Counted from the first letter of the stretch, positions 29,548 to 39,559 are shown. The stretch is 64,000 bases of DNA from Candidatus Ozemobacteraceae bacterium (GCA_965140445.1 OZ223236.1:4544001-4608000); one strand, 5' to 3'. Translations and numbers: made by a program. The notes: generated by a model not told the origin, from the sequence alone.

Positions 29548-29958
29548 TTAATTTCGATTCTCAAGCGATTTTTTTATGTGAGCAAGAGCAATTTTTTCAA
29601 GGCCTAAGAGCAAAAGAGCAAAAACAACACCAACGATTGTTCCTGCTTTTATCTCAGCAACCTTAACTTCTGCGATATCTTTTGAATCTGAAGTTGTTAA
29701 ATTTTCAACCGCCACCAAGGTGCCAGCTAAAGCAAACAACCATGAAAAAAGGCTTTCAAAAGCAAAAAAGATATTTAAGAAATAACACTTTGAACGGCTT
29801 TCTCCCTTAAGAAGAGGGCGCGCGACGATGTAAAAAGGCAACATAAATGGCCCAAGTAAAAAGACCAGAATTACCCAGAAAATGTCCACTGAGGATCTTT
29901 TTTTACTGTCCCAGGCCACCCAGATAGTAGCGAATGTTCTTAGCCATCTAGGCCACAT
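29548..29958 (-). CDS. Hypothetical membrane protein
   Basis: Three to four hydrophobic segments; GAGGGGG SD. Confidence 0.7.
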   Translation of the reverse strand: MWPRWLRTFATIWVAWDSKKRSSVDIFWVILVFLLGPFMLPFYIVARPLLKGESRSKCYFLNIFFAFESLFSWLFALAGTLVAVENLTTSDSKDIAEVKVAEIKAGTIVGVVFALLLLGLEKIALAHIKKSLENRN

Positions 29959-30159
29959 ATTCTTACCCCCTCTAAAGGATCAATAGATTTTCAGTTAAAT
30001 CATAACACAATTTCAAATCCCGAAAAACCTGTTTGTACATAAATTAACGAGTGTAAAGTAAAATCAATAAACATTTTTTAGAAACTTTTCCCCCAACTTT
30101 GACGTAATATTAGTATAATTAAAAACGTATAAACAATTCCCTTCGTGAGGAGATATATT

Positions 30160-31830
30160 ATGAAGCAAAAAAGTCTCTTAATCATTTTGTTTGCCTTTGC
30201 TCTTTCAGCAAATTCTAGCCTACAGGCATCCACCCTTCCATTTGATGAAGGGCAAATTACACCTCCCCCTATGAGCGGAGATAGTCCCTTTGAGGTAAAA
30301 ACAACTATACCTGCTGTAATAAGCGAAGTTCAGGAGCAGGTACAAACAGTCAGAACAACTGTTGAAACACTTATTGATAAAGAAAACACTTCAGTAGAAG
30401 ACGTTGTTGCTGCTGCAAAAGTAACAATCCAGTCTGGCGACACCCTCTGGAAAATTGCACAAAGAGTTCTCGGAGATGGCAACCGATACAAGGAACTTAT
30501 TGAAGCAAACAAAGACAAATATCCTTCATTAGAAAAAAATCCTGACCTGATTTATGCAGGATGGGAATTAACAATACCGGGCGATGAACCTGCTGCAGCG
30601 GATCAAAACACTAATGCCGCAGTGGCTCAAGGAACATCTGAACCCTCCAATACTGTAACGATAGACTCAAGCTCCTCTTCAACACCTGCAACTATAGTTC
30701 AGATTCCACAGTTAACAACTGAACAAAAAATCAAAGGCCTTCAAAAAGCCGTTGATGCTGCAAATAGAGCGTTACTAGCTCAAAAGCAAAAAATAGGAGC
30801 TTTAACTCCATCCACAATTAGATTTTTAATTAAAAACAGTTTCTTATCAGAAGAAGAGTGGATGGCGATGAATCCTCCAGCAGGTTTTCATTGGGCAATA
30901 GATAGCCGCGGTGAAGTAAGACTTGCTAACAACGCTTCAGATAACAACCTTACTGCGGATCAAATCGCAAAACTGGATGCTGCTGAAAAACAAAAAGCAT
31001 ATGACGAAGCTGTAAAAAAAGCAAAAGAAGAGCAGGCAAAGAAAGATGCTGAAAAGAAAGCTCAAGCAGCACAGGAAAAAAAGGATGCTGATAAAGAAGC
31101 AAATAAAAAAGCTGATAACGATGCTGAGCAAAAAGCCCAGAAAGAAAAAGCTGAAAAATTAGCTAAAGAAAAGGCAGCTAAAGAAGCCGAGCAAAAAGCA
31201 AAAGAAGAGCAGGCAAAGAAAGACGCTGAAAAAGCAGAAGCCGCTGCAAATACTCAATACACAAAGATTTTGAATGAAATTGGATCACCTGATCTTTCGA
31301 AAAAAGCTAAGGATTACCGTAAAGCAGTAAATGCTGGCTCGAAATTAATGTCCAAAGGGTTCTTCGGTGGAACAACCAGCTTTTTCAAATTTGTAAATAG
31401 CCAGGATTACCCTTACTACAATATCCCAGCTTTACAGGAAGATCTGCTTGCGGCACAGAAAAAATATGAAAAACTTATTGATGAAAATAAAACAGATCGT
31501 TTCCTTGGAATTTTTGGTAGCACAATCGAAAGCGCCGGAAAAAGAGTTAACGAACTAAAGACAAAGCTTGAAAAAGCCTGGGGAGAAATGGAAAAAGCTC
31601 TTGCAGATGCAAAGACAAAAGCTAACGAGCTTAACACTTCAATTTCAAGCGCTAAATCAGAAATCAAAGACCTCAATACAGAGCTTGGCAAGTTAGATAA
31701 ATATGACTCTGCAAACAGCAAAAAGGTTCAGGACCTTCAAAAGAAAATCAACGAACTTAATGAAAGCGTTGAAGACTCGCAGGAAAAACTTGAACTTTAT
31801 GACACCATAAAAGGAACTTTCGGCGCATAA
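30160..31830 (+). CDS. Exported LysM protein with TolA-like K/A/E-rich helix and C-terminal coiled coil
   Basis: Signal peptide; IQSGDTLWKIA…LIYAGWELTIP LysM; KAKEEQAKKDAEK repeats; ATG 30160 after GAGGAG. Confidence 0.85.
   Translation: MKQKSLLIILFAFALSANSSLQASTLPFDEGQITPPPMSGDSPFEVKTTIPAVISEVQEQVQTVRTTVETLIDKENTSVEDVVAAAKVTIQSGDTLWKIAQRVLGDGNRYKELIEANKDKYPSLEKNPDLIYAGWELTIPGDEPAAADQNTNAAVAQGTSEPSNTVTIDSSSSSTPATIVQIPQLTTEQKIKGLQKAVDAANRALLAQKQKIGALTPSTIRFLIKNSFLSEEEWMAMNPPAGFHWAIDSRGEVRLANNASDNNLTADQIAKLDAAEKQKAYDEAVKKAKEEQAKKDAEKKAQAAQEKKDADKEANKKADNDAEQKAQKEKAEKLAKEKAAKEAEQKAKEEQAKKDAEKAEAAANTQYTKILNEIGSPDLSKKAKDYRKAVNAGSKLMSKGFFGGTTSFFKFVNSQDYPYYNIPALQEDLLAAQKKYEKLIDENKTDRFLGIFGSTIESAGKRVNELKTKLEKAWGEMEKALADAKTKANELNTSISSAKSEIKDLNTELGKLDKYDSANSKKVQDLQKKINELNESVEDSQEKLELYDTIKGTFGA
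31016..31232 (+). repeat. Two ~40-nt near-identical coding direct repeats
   Basis: aaaaagcaaaagaagagcaggcaaagaaaga(t/c)gctgaaaa at 31016 and 31193. Confidence 0.85.
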
Positions 31831-31864
31831 AATATTTGTAACCGACGGGAAAATTGTTTTATAC

Positions 31865-31893
31865 TCAGACGGGGGAAACCCCGTCTGATTTTT
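31865..31893 (+). terminator. Intrinsic terminator
   Basis: tcagacgggg-gaaa-ccccgtctga followed by T run. Confidence 0.88.
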
Positions 31894-31914
31894 ATTTTGG
31901 AAGGCAAGGATCTT

Positions 31915-32754
31915 ATGAAGAGAATTAATTTTTTGATTTGCACGTTTGTTTGTTTTGTTTTGCTCTCCGCAAATGCTTACTCCCAGGTAAGTGAACCAAC
32001 AGGTAAAATTCTCTTTGTCGACATAGACAAGTCTGGAAAAACCTATTTGGCATCAATCAACCCAAATGGGACTGAAAAAACCAGACTTACCCCACCCTAT
32101 AACAACTTAATGTTTCCAAGATTTAATGAAAAATCTGGGTGGATAGGTTTTACCAACAAAACACCAGATATGAAATCTGAAATTTATCTTTTAAACAAAT
32201 CCGGTAAAAAAATCAAAAAGATTCTTACTGATGCTGCGCTTGAAGATTTTTCTCCTGACGGAAAATTCTTTTTATTCACAAGCTGTAATGGCAAAGGCGA
32301 ATTATTTGTCTACAGCCTTCAGAGAAAAAGAGCCGTTAAGATATCTCAAAATCTGAAAATTGTTAGTGCAGCCTGGTCTCCTAAGAAGGAATGGATAGCA
32401 GTGTCTGCTCTAGAGGCAGATGGGTCTACTGATCTGTATTTGATTTCTTCAATAGCAATGGGAATAAAGCGTATAACACAAACCCCTGGAATAAATGAAG
32501 CATTCCCCAGCTTCACAAATGATGGAAAATATATGATCTATTTCACAAACCAGTCAGGCAAAAACAAAATCGTTTATAGAGAAATAGAAACCAACAAGAT
32601 TCAGGAACCATTAATTTCAGGCACCCATCCTTCATTATCTCCAAACAATGAATGGATAGTTTTCCAAACAGGAAAAACCATAGGAATATCAAGGACTGAT
32701 GGGCTTAACCAACAAACTTTGGTTCCAGGAAAGACTCCAGTCTGGATTAAATAA
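31915..32754 (+). CDS. TolB-like PD40 beta-propeller, exported
   Basis: FSPDGK, WSPKK, PSFTNDGK, PSLSPNN repeats; signal peptide AYS. Confidence 0.85.
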   Translation: MKRINFLICTFVCFVLLSANAYSQVSEPTGKILFVDIDKSGKTYLASINPNGTEKTRLTPPYNNLMFPRFNEKSGWIGFTNKTPDMKSEIYLLNKSGKKIKKILTDAALEDFSPDGKFFLFTSCNGKGELFVYSLQRKRAVKISQNLKIVSAAWSPKKEWIAVSALEADGSTDLYLISSIAMGIKRITQTPGINEAFPSFTNDGKYMIYFTNQSGKNKIVYREIETNKIQEPLISGTHPSLSPNNEWIVFQTGKTIGISRTDGLNQQTLVPGKTPVWIK

Positions 32755-32816
32755 GATTGACCTCATAAAGAAGGAATTGTAATATACCAATATATTAAGT
32801 TAGGGAAGGTTCTTCG

Positions 32817-33263
32817 ATGATTACAATAAAAAAAATTCTTGTACCCGTTGATTTCTCAGAAGGTTCGAAGCTTGCATTGAGATATGCTGCAACTTTTGCA
32901 TCTGAATACGGAGCGCAAATTCACCTTTTGAACGTAATCGAAGAGGAGGCTCTTCATCCAGGTAACTTTGACGATCCACTTGGAACTAATTCCAAATGGG
33001 AACAAGAAAATTTGAAAGCTTTGAATGAATTTGTTCCAGAAAAATTTAACGATCTGGACATAATAAAAAAAGTTAAGGGCGGCCTGGTTTACGAAGCAAT
33101 TATAGATTACGCAGCTGAAGAAAATGCGAATCTTATAATTCTTGGAGCTCATGGAAAGTCAGGATACATTGATTCATGGCTTGGCGGAACCAGCTACGAA
33201 ATTTCTAAAAAAGCACCTTGTGCAGTTTTAACAGTAAAACCAGACGGAAAAGGCTTCGTATAA
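32817..33263 (+). CDS. Universal stress protein
   Basis: KKILVPVDFSEGS, LIILGAHG…LGGTS, APCAVLTVK. Confidence 0.93.
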   Translation: MITIKKILVPVDFSEGSKLALRYAATFASEYGAQIHLLNVIEEEALHPGNFDDPLGTNSKWEQENLKALNEFVPEKFNDLDIIKKVKGGLVYEAIIDYAAEENANLIILGAHGKSGYIDSWLGGTSYEISKKAPCAVLTVKPDGKGFV

Positions 33264-33283
33264 AAAATAATTAGGAAAATACT

Positions 33284-35527
33284 TTATTTTCCAGATTTAA
33301 AGACTTCAATAATCCTGTTCAAGTCCTTTGCGACTTGAACAGGATTTTCTTTTGGTCCAATCGCAATATCTATCTGAACAGAACTACTCCCCTTCTTGCT
33401 AATATTCGCTATATGATCCTGCAAGAAAAGCCCAGACAATCCGTTTCCAACATTCAACATAAAAAACTGGTCGTTATGAGAATTACACACAATTCCATTT
33501 GAACTCAAGGCGCTTGGAAACCTGCTAAGAGAAACCAGCGGGTTCCATGAACCTGGAATTCTGATAGCCTTGATATTATCTGGTAAACGCTCATCCTTCC
33601 ATTCAGGAGAAATTGTTGCGCTTAAATTTTTTGACAGGATAAATCTCAGGCTTTCTGAATTGGCAATATTAAAACACCAATCAATTCTAAACTCTCTATC
33701 GGGAAACATTCTTTTTAACTCAAACACCTCCCAACTCATACAAAGAAAACTTCTTGTTTGAGATTCCCTGATTCTGTAGCAGGTCTCTTTAAATTGAGAT
33801 TCATTCAAAGAAGGGGGAATCCACAATTCATAAGAATTTCCAACAATTTTCTGTGACTTTTCAAGATCACCATGCAATGGCAACACCCATTTGTCGGGAT
33901 GTATATCTCGCACAAAAGGAAAGGACTGATTCCAAACCCTGATAAAAACTTCCTGCTTATTGCTCTTGTCAATAACATCAATTCTTGAATCAGAATCACT
34001 TTCAACCGATTGAATCAATTTAATCAAACCGCCACCCATTTCTGGCTTTATTCTAGGTGGAGCAATGTTTTCCAATTTATTCAGAGTTTCAACCAGTCGT
34101 TTTTTGAGTTTTTTCAAAGAACCGGCTGAAATAAACAGCTTTTCTCCCAATGCAAGCATTACATTGCGGCCAGACTGAAAATTCTCGCCGAGAATCTTGA
34201 ATTTTTCTTCAATGATTCCCTGCTCCAAACCAGTCTTAACAGCGTATTGCAATTTTTCATAGGTCTTGAGTCTGCCAGGGTGCCCATTAATTTTAAACTC
34301 AACAGCCAAAGGTTGCCCATCATGACCTGACCAGAACAAATCTACTGGTCTTCGTTCCCAGTTCCTGTCCCAAAGAGGCTCCCAACTTCCTTCATCAGAG
34401 TTACCGCTTCTACGAATCTCTGTCCCCGCTTTGAGGCGTCCAGAAATCCCTCTGACCCAGGCATTGTTCTGCCCCTCTTTTTTTACCCAGGTGACCCTGG
34501 TTCCAACCTTCTGCCCGTCGACATACCAGAAAATTCCATCCCCGGGTTTAACTTCTTTTATTAAGCGCAGTTCATTCAAACCAGACTTGCTTTTTCCTGT
34601 GACAACGGCAATTACAACTCCGTCTCTGCCAGGAGTGTATTCAGTGTTCCATCCTTTAAGATTCTCACCAGCAGCAAATCCTTCATGAGAAGCCCTTGAA
34701 AAAACCTCATCAAGAGTATCAACATTCTGTTCTTTTCCAAGTAATGCGTTTTTATAGCTTTTGACAACCTGATAAACATATTCAGGGCTTTTCATTCTTC
34801 CTTCAATTTTCAGGGAAGCCACACCGCAATCTTCCAGCTCATTAGCATATTTTATAAGCCGCATATCTTTTGGACTAAAGAAAAAACCTTTTTCAGATGA
34901 GTCGTCAATGTAATTGTATTCTCGCCTGCACGGTTGCGCACAAGTTCCTCTGTTTCCTGATCTTTTGCCAAGAGCGGCACTCCAGTAGCATCTTCCTGAC
35001 ACGCTATAGCACATAGCCCCATGAACAAAAGTTTCAATCTCAAATGAGGATTTTCTGGAAACAGCCTTGATTTCTTCCAAGGTCATTTCCCGAGGTAAAA
35101 TAACTCTAGTTATTCCAAGTGCTTTTAACTCTTCCTCACCACCAACTCCCCACCAGGCTCCTTGAGTACTTAGATGCAACGGAATCAATGAACCGCGTTT
35201 GCGAATTACATTAGCCACTCCCAGATCCTGAATTATTAAGGCATCTGGCTGAAGTCTTTCATAAAAATCAATAGCATCTTCAAAAAGTTTCCATTCATGA
35301 TCATAAACAATTGTATTAAGAGTGATATAAAGTTTTCTATTCAGAGCGCAAGTTACTCTTCGGGCCCATCTTAAGCCTTTTTCATCGAAATTGGGCGCGA
35401 AAGCCCTTGCCCCAAACCTTTTGCCAGCGAGATATATAGCGTCTGCGCCAGCAATTAAAGCGGCTTTCAAGGAGTTAAAATCTCCTGCAGGAGCAAGTAA
35501 TTCAATTTTATTTTCTTTGCTGCTCAA
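33284..35527 (-). CDS. Long U32-family Fe-S protein (RlhA/TrhP-like RNA hydroxylase)
   Basis: ELLAPAG, HLSTQ, ETFVHGAMCYSVSGRC, NRGTCAQPCR, SLKIEGR. Confidence 0.88.
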   Translation of the reverse strand: MSSKENKIELLAPAGDFNSLKAALIAGADAIYLAGKRFGARAFAPNFDEKGLRWARRVTCALNRKLYITLNTIVYDHEWKLFEDAIDFYERLQPDALIIQDLGVANVIRKRGSLIPLHLSTQGAWWGVGGEEELKALGITRVILPREMTLEEIKAVSRKSSFEIETFVHGAMCYSVSGRCYWSAALGKRSGNRGTCAQPCRREYNYIDDSSEKGFFFSPKDMRLIKYANELEDCGVASLKIEGRMKSPEYVYQVVKSYKNALLGKEQNVDTLDEVFSRASHEGFAAGENLKGWNTEYTPGRDGVVIAVVTGKSKSGLNELRLIKEVKPGDGIFWYVDGQKVGTRVTWVKKEGQNNAWVRGISGRLKAGTEIRRSGNSDEGSWEPLWDRNWERRPVDLFWSGHDGQPLAVEFKINGHPGRLKTYEKLQYAVKTGLEQGIIEEKFKILGENFQSGRNVMLALGEKLFISAGSLKKLKKRLVETLNKLENIAPPRIKPEMGGGLIKLIQSVESDSDSRIDVIDKSNKQEVFIRVWNQSFPFVRDIHPDKWVLPLHGDLEKSQKIVGNSYELWIPPSLNESQFKETCYRIRESQTRSFLCMSWEVFELKRMFPDREFRIDWCFNIANSESLRFILSKNLSATISPEWKDERLPDNIKAIRIPGSWNPLVSLSRFPSALSSNGIVCNSHNDQFFMLNVGNGLSGLFLQDHIANISKKGSSSVQIDIAIGPKENPVQVAKDLNRIIEVFKSGK

Positions 35528-35964
35528 GCCTTGTTTATCCCTTCCGAAAAGGCGATTAAAGCTAATTTATACGAGATAAATCCCATCCCTGAAATTGCCC
35601 CAACACATGCTCCGGCTACAATTGATCTATGCCTGAACTCTTCTCTTGCAGCAATATTAGATAAATGAACTTCTACCACTGAAATGTTTAAGCCAGCAAT
35701 GCAATCTCTTATAGCAATACTATAATGGGAAAACGCACCAGGGTTTATTATAACCATTGATTTATCTTTCAGAGATTGAAGGAAATCAATAATCTCCCCC
35801 TCATGGTTACTCTGAAAAAAAACAGTTTCGAATCCTAACCTTTCACCTTCAGTTCGGACAAACTCATTCAAATCTTCAAGAGTTTGATTCCCATAAACGT
35901 CCGGCTCTCTTTTTCCTAAGAGATTTAGGTTTGGACCATTTACTACATAAACTGTTCTCATCAT
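35524..35964 (-). CDS. aroQ: Type II 3-dehydroquinate dehydratase
   Basis: NGPNLNLLGKREPDVYG, QSNHEG, NPGAFSHYS, EVHLSN, REEFR. Confidence 0.97.
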   Translation of the reverse strand: MMRTVYVVNGPNLNLLGKREPDVYGNQTLEDLNEFVRTEGERLGFETVFFQSNHEGEIIDFLQSLKDKSMVIINPGAFSHYSIAIRDCIAGLNISVVEVHLSNIAAREEFRHRSIVAGACVGAISGMGFISYKLALIAFSEGINKA

Positions 35965-37115
35965 TCACCGCCCATCGGAAAAAAAATACACTCTAGAATA
36001 CTATACGAAAGTCTCATAAAATCCACTAATTCCATTGCGGATTTGATGCTTAAAAGCTTCTTAACAAATCTCCAATTACTTTTCCAGAAATGCAAAGATA
36101 CATTTCTCATTGAACTTCCATTCCATTTGGCAGAATCGGTAAAGCTAATATTGTTTACCAACCTTAGCAATCTTGAACTATTTGGATCCATTAAAAAACT
36201 GGGTTGAAGATAAATCCCCGATTCAACTCCTGATTTTTTAATGTCATCAAAAATAGCCTTAGCTTGTTCAAAAGTATTTTTCTTATAAAATTGACTTAAA
36301 TCACCACTAAACCAGATTTGCTTCAGTGGATTTCCTGGCCAGGTCTTTATTCTCTCTACGAATTCCCAGTCTGAAACAAAAACCCCAAAATCAACTTTTA
36401 TACTCCAGCACAATGTTCTTAAAAGATGTATGTGCTCCGGGTTATTTCCAAGATAGTTGAATTGAAAGGATTTATACCCATACCTGGTTAACCAGGCAAG
36501 AAGGCTTTTTATCCAGTCTTCGTCAAAGCTTTCAAACTCAATAGAGCTGTTGTCCAGCATGCCCATCCAGGGTTTTGAAATATCCAAAGTTTTTCCTGAC
36601 AGAGTTCTCTCAACGGAAGACCGAAAATCAAAGTTATGAAAGCAATTTCTATCCGGGATGGGCAACTTTGTTTTAACATCTTCTTCAAGGGTATCAATAT
36701 ATCCTTTAACCGGCATTCCTCTGAGTATCCGTAAAATAGCTGTGGCGCCAGTTCCAAAAACAGTAAAATTAAAGTGTCTGGCAAAAAATTCTGCCCTCTG
36801 CCCAGCGAGTCCTATTGAAACACCTGGAAAAGCTGAACGTAAAGTCTTAAAGTAGCTTTCAACAGTCGCTTCATCAAAAAAAGAAGACTCTTGCAGCACT
36901 ACAGCAAGAACTTTGGAAGTATCTATTCCATAAAAGTCCTCGCTGGAAAATTCAGCAGGAACACTCTTCACTGAAACTCTTTTGGGAGCTAGCTCTTGAA
37001 GGCAAAATAGCCCCAGCGGAGCAACTAACTGGCTGCTGCGCCAAAACGGGACATTTCTATTCTTTGAATTATCAAAAACATTAAGAAGAATTATTTCAGG
37101 TTGGGACGGTTCCAT
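35961..37115 (-). CDS. Degenerate cobalamin-binding radical-SAM-like protein without CxxxCxxC
   Basis: PLGL, FPGVSIGLAG, TVFGTG, LPIPDR follow the B12-rSAM layout; Cys triad absent. Confidence 0.55.
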   Translation of the reverse strand: MEPSQPEIILLNVFDNSKNRNVPFWRSSQLVAPLGLFCLQELAPKRVSVKSVPAEFSSEDFYGIDTSKVLAVVLQESSFFDEATVESYFKTLRSAFPGVSIGLAGQRAEFFARHFNFTVFGTGATAILRILRGMPVKGYIDTLEEDVKTKLPIPDRNCFHNFDFRSSVERTLSGKTLDISKPWMGMLDNSSIEFESFDEDWIKSLLAWLTRYGYKSFQFNYLGNNPEHIHLLRTLCWSIKVDFGVFVSDWEFVERIKTWPGNPLKQIWFSGDLSQFYKKNTFEQAKAIFDDIKKSGVESGIYLQPSFLMDPNSSRLLRLVNNISFTDSAKWNGSSMRNVSLHFWKSNWRFVKKLLSIKSAMELVDFMRLSYSILECIFFPMGGE

Positions 37116-37185
37116 TTTTGTTTCAGCTAATTTAGAGTATAGTAGATTTTAACACAATTTTTGAAAATGTAGGCGATTAACGTTT

Positions 37186-38046
37186 ATGATATGGGTCATT
37201 GGACGCTCAGGTCTTCTTGGGTCAACTTTTGTAAGCTATTTAAAAGGAACTAATCTCTCCTTTACCGCTACTGGAAGAGAAGTAGATATTTCAAATATTG
37301 ATCTTTTGAATTCAAATTTTAATGAAATTAAGCCTGATTTGATAATCAACTGTTCAGGTTTTACTGACGTTGAAGCAGCCGAAACCAACCAATATCTTGC
37401 CGAACAGCTTAATTTCACTGGAGTTTCAAACCTTTCTAAAGTTGCTTTTGAAAAAAAAATCCAACTGATACATTTTTCGACAGACTATGTTTTTGATGGT
37501 AAAAAAAAGACCCCATACAATGAGAAAGATACGCCTTCTCCGCTATCAATATACGGAAAAACCAAACTCAGAGGCGAAGAGGTTCTTCTAAAAACAAGTC
37601 CTGACAACCTTCTGATTAGAGTTAGCTGGCTTTACAATCATACCGGAAAAGGATTCATTAATAGAGTTATTGAAATTCTACTAAACAAACCTGCCATTCA
37701 AATGGTTAATGATCAAACAAGTAGCCCAACATGCGCAGAAAATCTTGTCCATGCAATTATCAATCTTTACCAAAAAGCAACCTTGCCGACAGGAATATTT
37801 CACTATCAAGATTCCGGGTTTGCTTCCAGATATGAAATTACATGCTTTCTGGCAGAAACTCTTGCTAAAAAACATCCTGAAAAGAGAATAGCGGAGGTTT
37901 TACCCTGCCAGACAAGTCAACAAAACGACATTGCGTCAAGACCCGTTTTTTCTGCATTAGATTGTTCTAAATTCCAGGAATCTTTCAATTGTAAAATTAA
38001 TCATTGGAAAAAAAATCTTAGCGACTATATAGGTATAAAATATTGA
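37186..38046 (+). CDS. rfbD: dTDP-4-dehydrorhamnose reductase
   Basis: GRSGLLG, STDYVFDG, YGKTK, DQTSSPT, RPVFSALD. Confidence 0.95.
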   Translation: MIWVIGRSGLLGSTFVSYLKGTNLSFTATGREVDISNIDLLNSNFNEIKPDLIINCSGFTDVEAAETNQYLAEQLNFTGVSNLSKVAFEKKIQLIHFSTDYVFDGKKKTPYNEKDTPSPLSIYGKTKLRGEEVLLKTSPDNLLIRVSWLYNHTGKGFINRVIEILLNKPAIQMVNDQTSSPTCAENLVHAIINLYQKATLPTGIFHYQDSGFASRYEITCFLAETLAKKHPEKRIAEVLPCQTSQQNDIASRPVFSALDCSKFQESFNCKINHWKKNLSDYIGIKY

Positions 38047-38588
38047 AAATATCCAATCTAAAACTAAATGGAGCATTTATTCTCAAACCTGAAATTCATT
38101 CAGACAAAAGAGGACTTTTTTTTGAAGTTTTTCGTCAATCAGATTTAGCTTCATATGGTATTCCAACAAATTTTTTGCAAACAAATAGATCAATTTCTTA
38201 TAGAAATGTGATTCGTGGACTTCATTTTCAAAACCCGGGCTCACAAGGCAAATTGATTCAAATCTTATCAGGAAAGATTTTTGAAGTAATTGTGGATTTA
38301 AGAAAATCTTCTCCAACATTTTTAAGCTGGGAAACCATTATTCTTGAAAGTTCAAACTATGAATCTGTTTACGTTCCCGAAGGTTGTGCCCATGGTTTTG
38401 CGGTTTTAAGTGAAACTTCTGATATTCTTTATTCATGCACGGATTATTACAAAGTCGAAAATGAAAAAGGAATTAGATTTGACGATCCTGATTTAGGAAT
38501 TCCATGGCCAGTTAAACAGCCCATCCTTTCAGAGAAAGATGCCAGCTTACCTTTCATAAAAGAACTGGGCTCAAATTTATTTACATGA
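38043..38588 (+). CDS. rfbC: dTDP-4-dehydrorhamnose 3,5-epimerase
   Basis: DKRGLFFE, RGLHFQ, QGKL, VDLRKSSPTF, GCAHGF, DPDLGIPWP. Confidence 0.95.
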   Translation: MKISNLKLNGAFILKPEIHSDKRGLFFEVFRQSDLASYGIPTNFLQTNRSISYRNVIRGLHFQNPGSQGKLIQILSGKIFEVIVDLRKSSPTFLSWETIILESSNYESVYVPEGCAHGFAVLSETSDILYSCTDYYKVENEKGIRFDDPDLGIPWPVKQPILSEKDASLPFIKELGSNLFT

Positions 38589-38647
38589 CCAGTTTTTATT
38601 GTTAGTATCTTTGAAAAGCGTGCAGCAAATATTGTCGGAGAACCTTA

Positions 38648-39559
38648 ATGATAGCACCCATTTTCAGCAGTTTGCGTCCAAAGCAATGGACAAAGAATCT
38701 TGTCCTGTTCGCAGGACTGATGTTCTCTGAAAAAAGCCTTCTTTTCACAGCAACTGGCTGGCTTCATGGCTTAGCAGGCTTTTTCCTTTTCTGTGGGCTT
38801 TCTGGAAGCGTCTATTTACTAAACGATCTTGCAGATATTGAAAAAGACAAGCTTCACCCTGAAAAAAGCAAAAGACCAATCCCTTCCGGGCAAATTAGCA
38901 TTACAGAAGCCAAAACAGCTCTCCTGCTCTTACTTTTCATCTGTCTGGCTGGCTCATACAAGCTTTCAGGACTTTTCTTTTCTACTGCCCTATCCTATTT
39001 CATGTTAAATCTAGCATACAGTTTTAAGCTTAAGCATATCGTGATCCTGGACGTAATGTGTATTGCAATTGGTTTTGTATTGCGAGCAGTAGCTGGAGTA
39101 GCCGCTTTAAAACACATTGATTCGGGTATCTATATCTCTCACTGGCTGCTAATTTCAACCCTCATGCTGGCAATGTTTTTAGGCCTGGTTAAACGAAGGC
39201 AGGAAATTTCCAAACTCCAGGAAGAAGCTTCAAAACACAGAAAAATTCTGGAACATTACTCGTTGGCATATATTGATCAAATGACCTCAATCCTGGCCGC
39301 CACTTCTATTCTGACCTATTCTTTTTATACAGTTAGTGCAGATACAATCGAAAAATTCCATACAACCAATTTAATCTATACAGTTCCCATGGTCATTTAT
39401 GGAATAATGAGATACTTATACCTTATCCACATAAAGTCGCTAGGTGACAACCCGTCTGAGGTTGTTTTAAACGATCGCCCAATGCAGATAAATCTACTTA
39501 TCTGGGTAATTACAATCTTCATAGTCATTCACCTTCCAAAACTTGGAGTAACGTTTTAA
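38648..39559 (+). CDS. UbiA-family decaprenyl-phosphate phosphoribosyltransferase-like protein
   Basis: LRPKQWTKN, YLLNDLADIEKDKLHPEKSKRPIPSG, AYSFKLKH, GFVLR, KRRQE. Confidence 0.88.
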   Translation: MIAPIFSSLRPKQWTKNLVLFAGLMFSEKSLLFTATGWLHGLAGFFLFCGLSGSVYLLNDLADIEKDKLHPEKSKRPIPSGQISITEAKTALLLLLFICLAGSYKLSGLFFSTALSYFMLNLAYSFKLKHIVILDVMCIAIGFVLRAVAGVAALKHIDSGIYISHWLLISTLMLAMFLGLVKRRQEISKLQEEASKHRKILEHYSLAYIDQMTSILAATSILTYSFYTVSADTIEKFHTTNLIYTVPMVIYGIMRYLYLIHIKSLGDNPSEVVLNDRPMQINLLIWVITIFIVIHLPKLGVTF

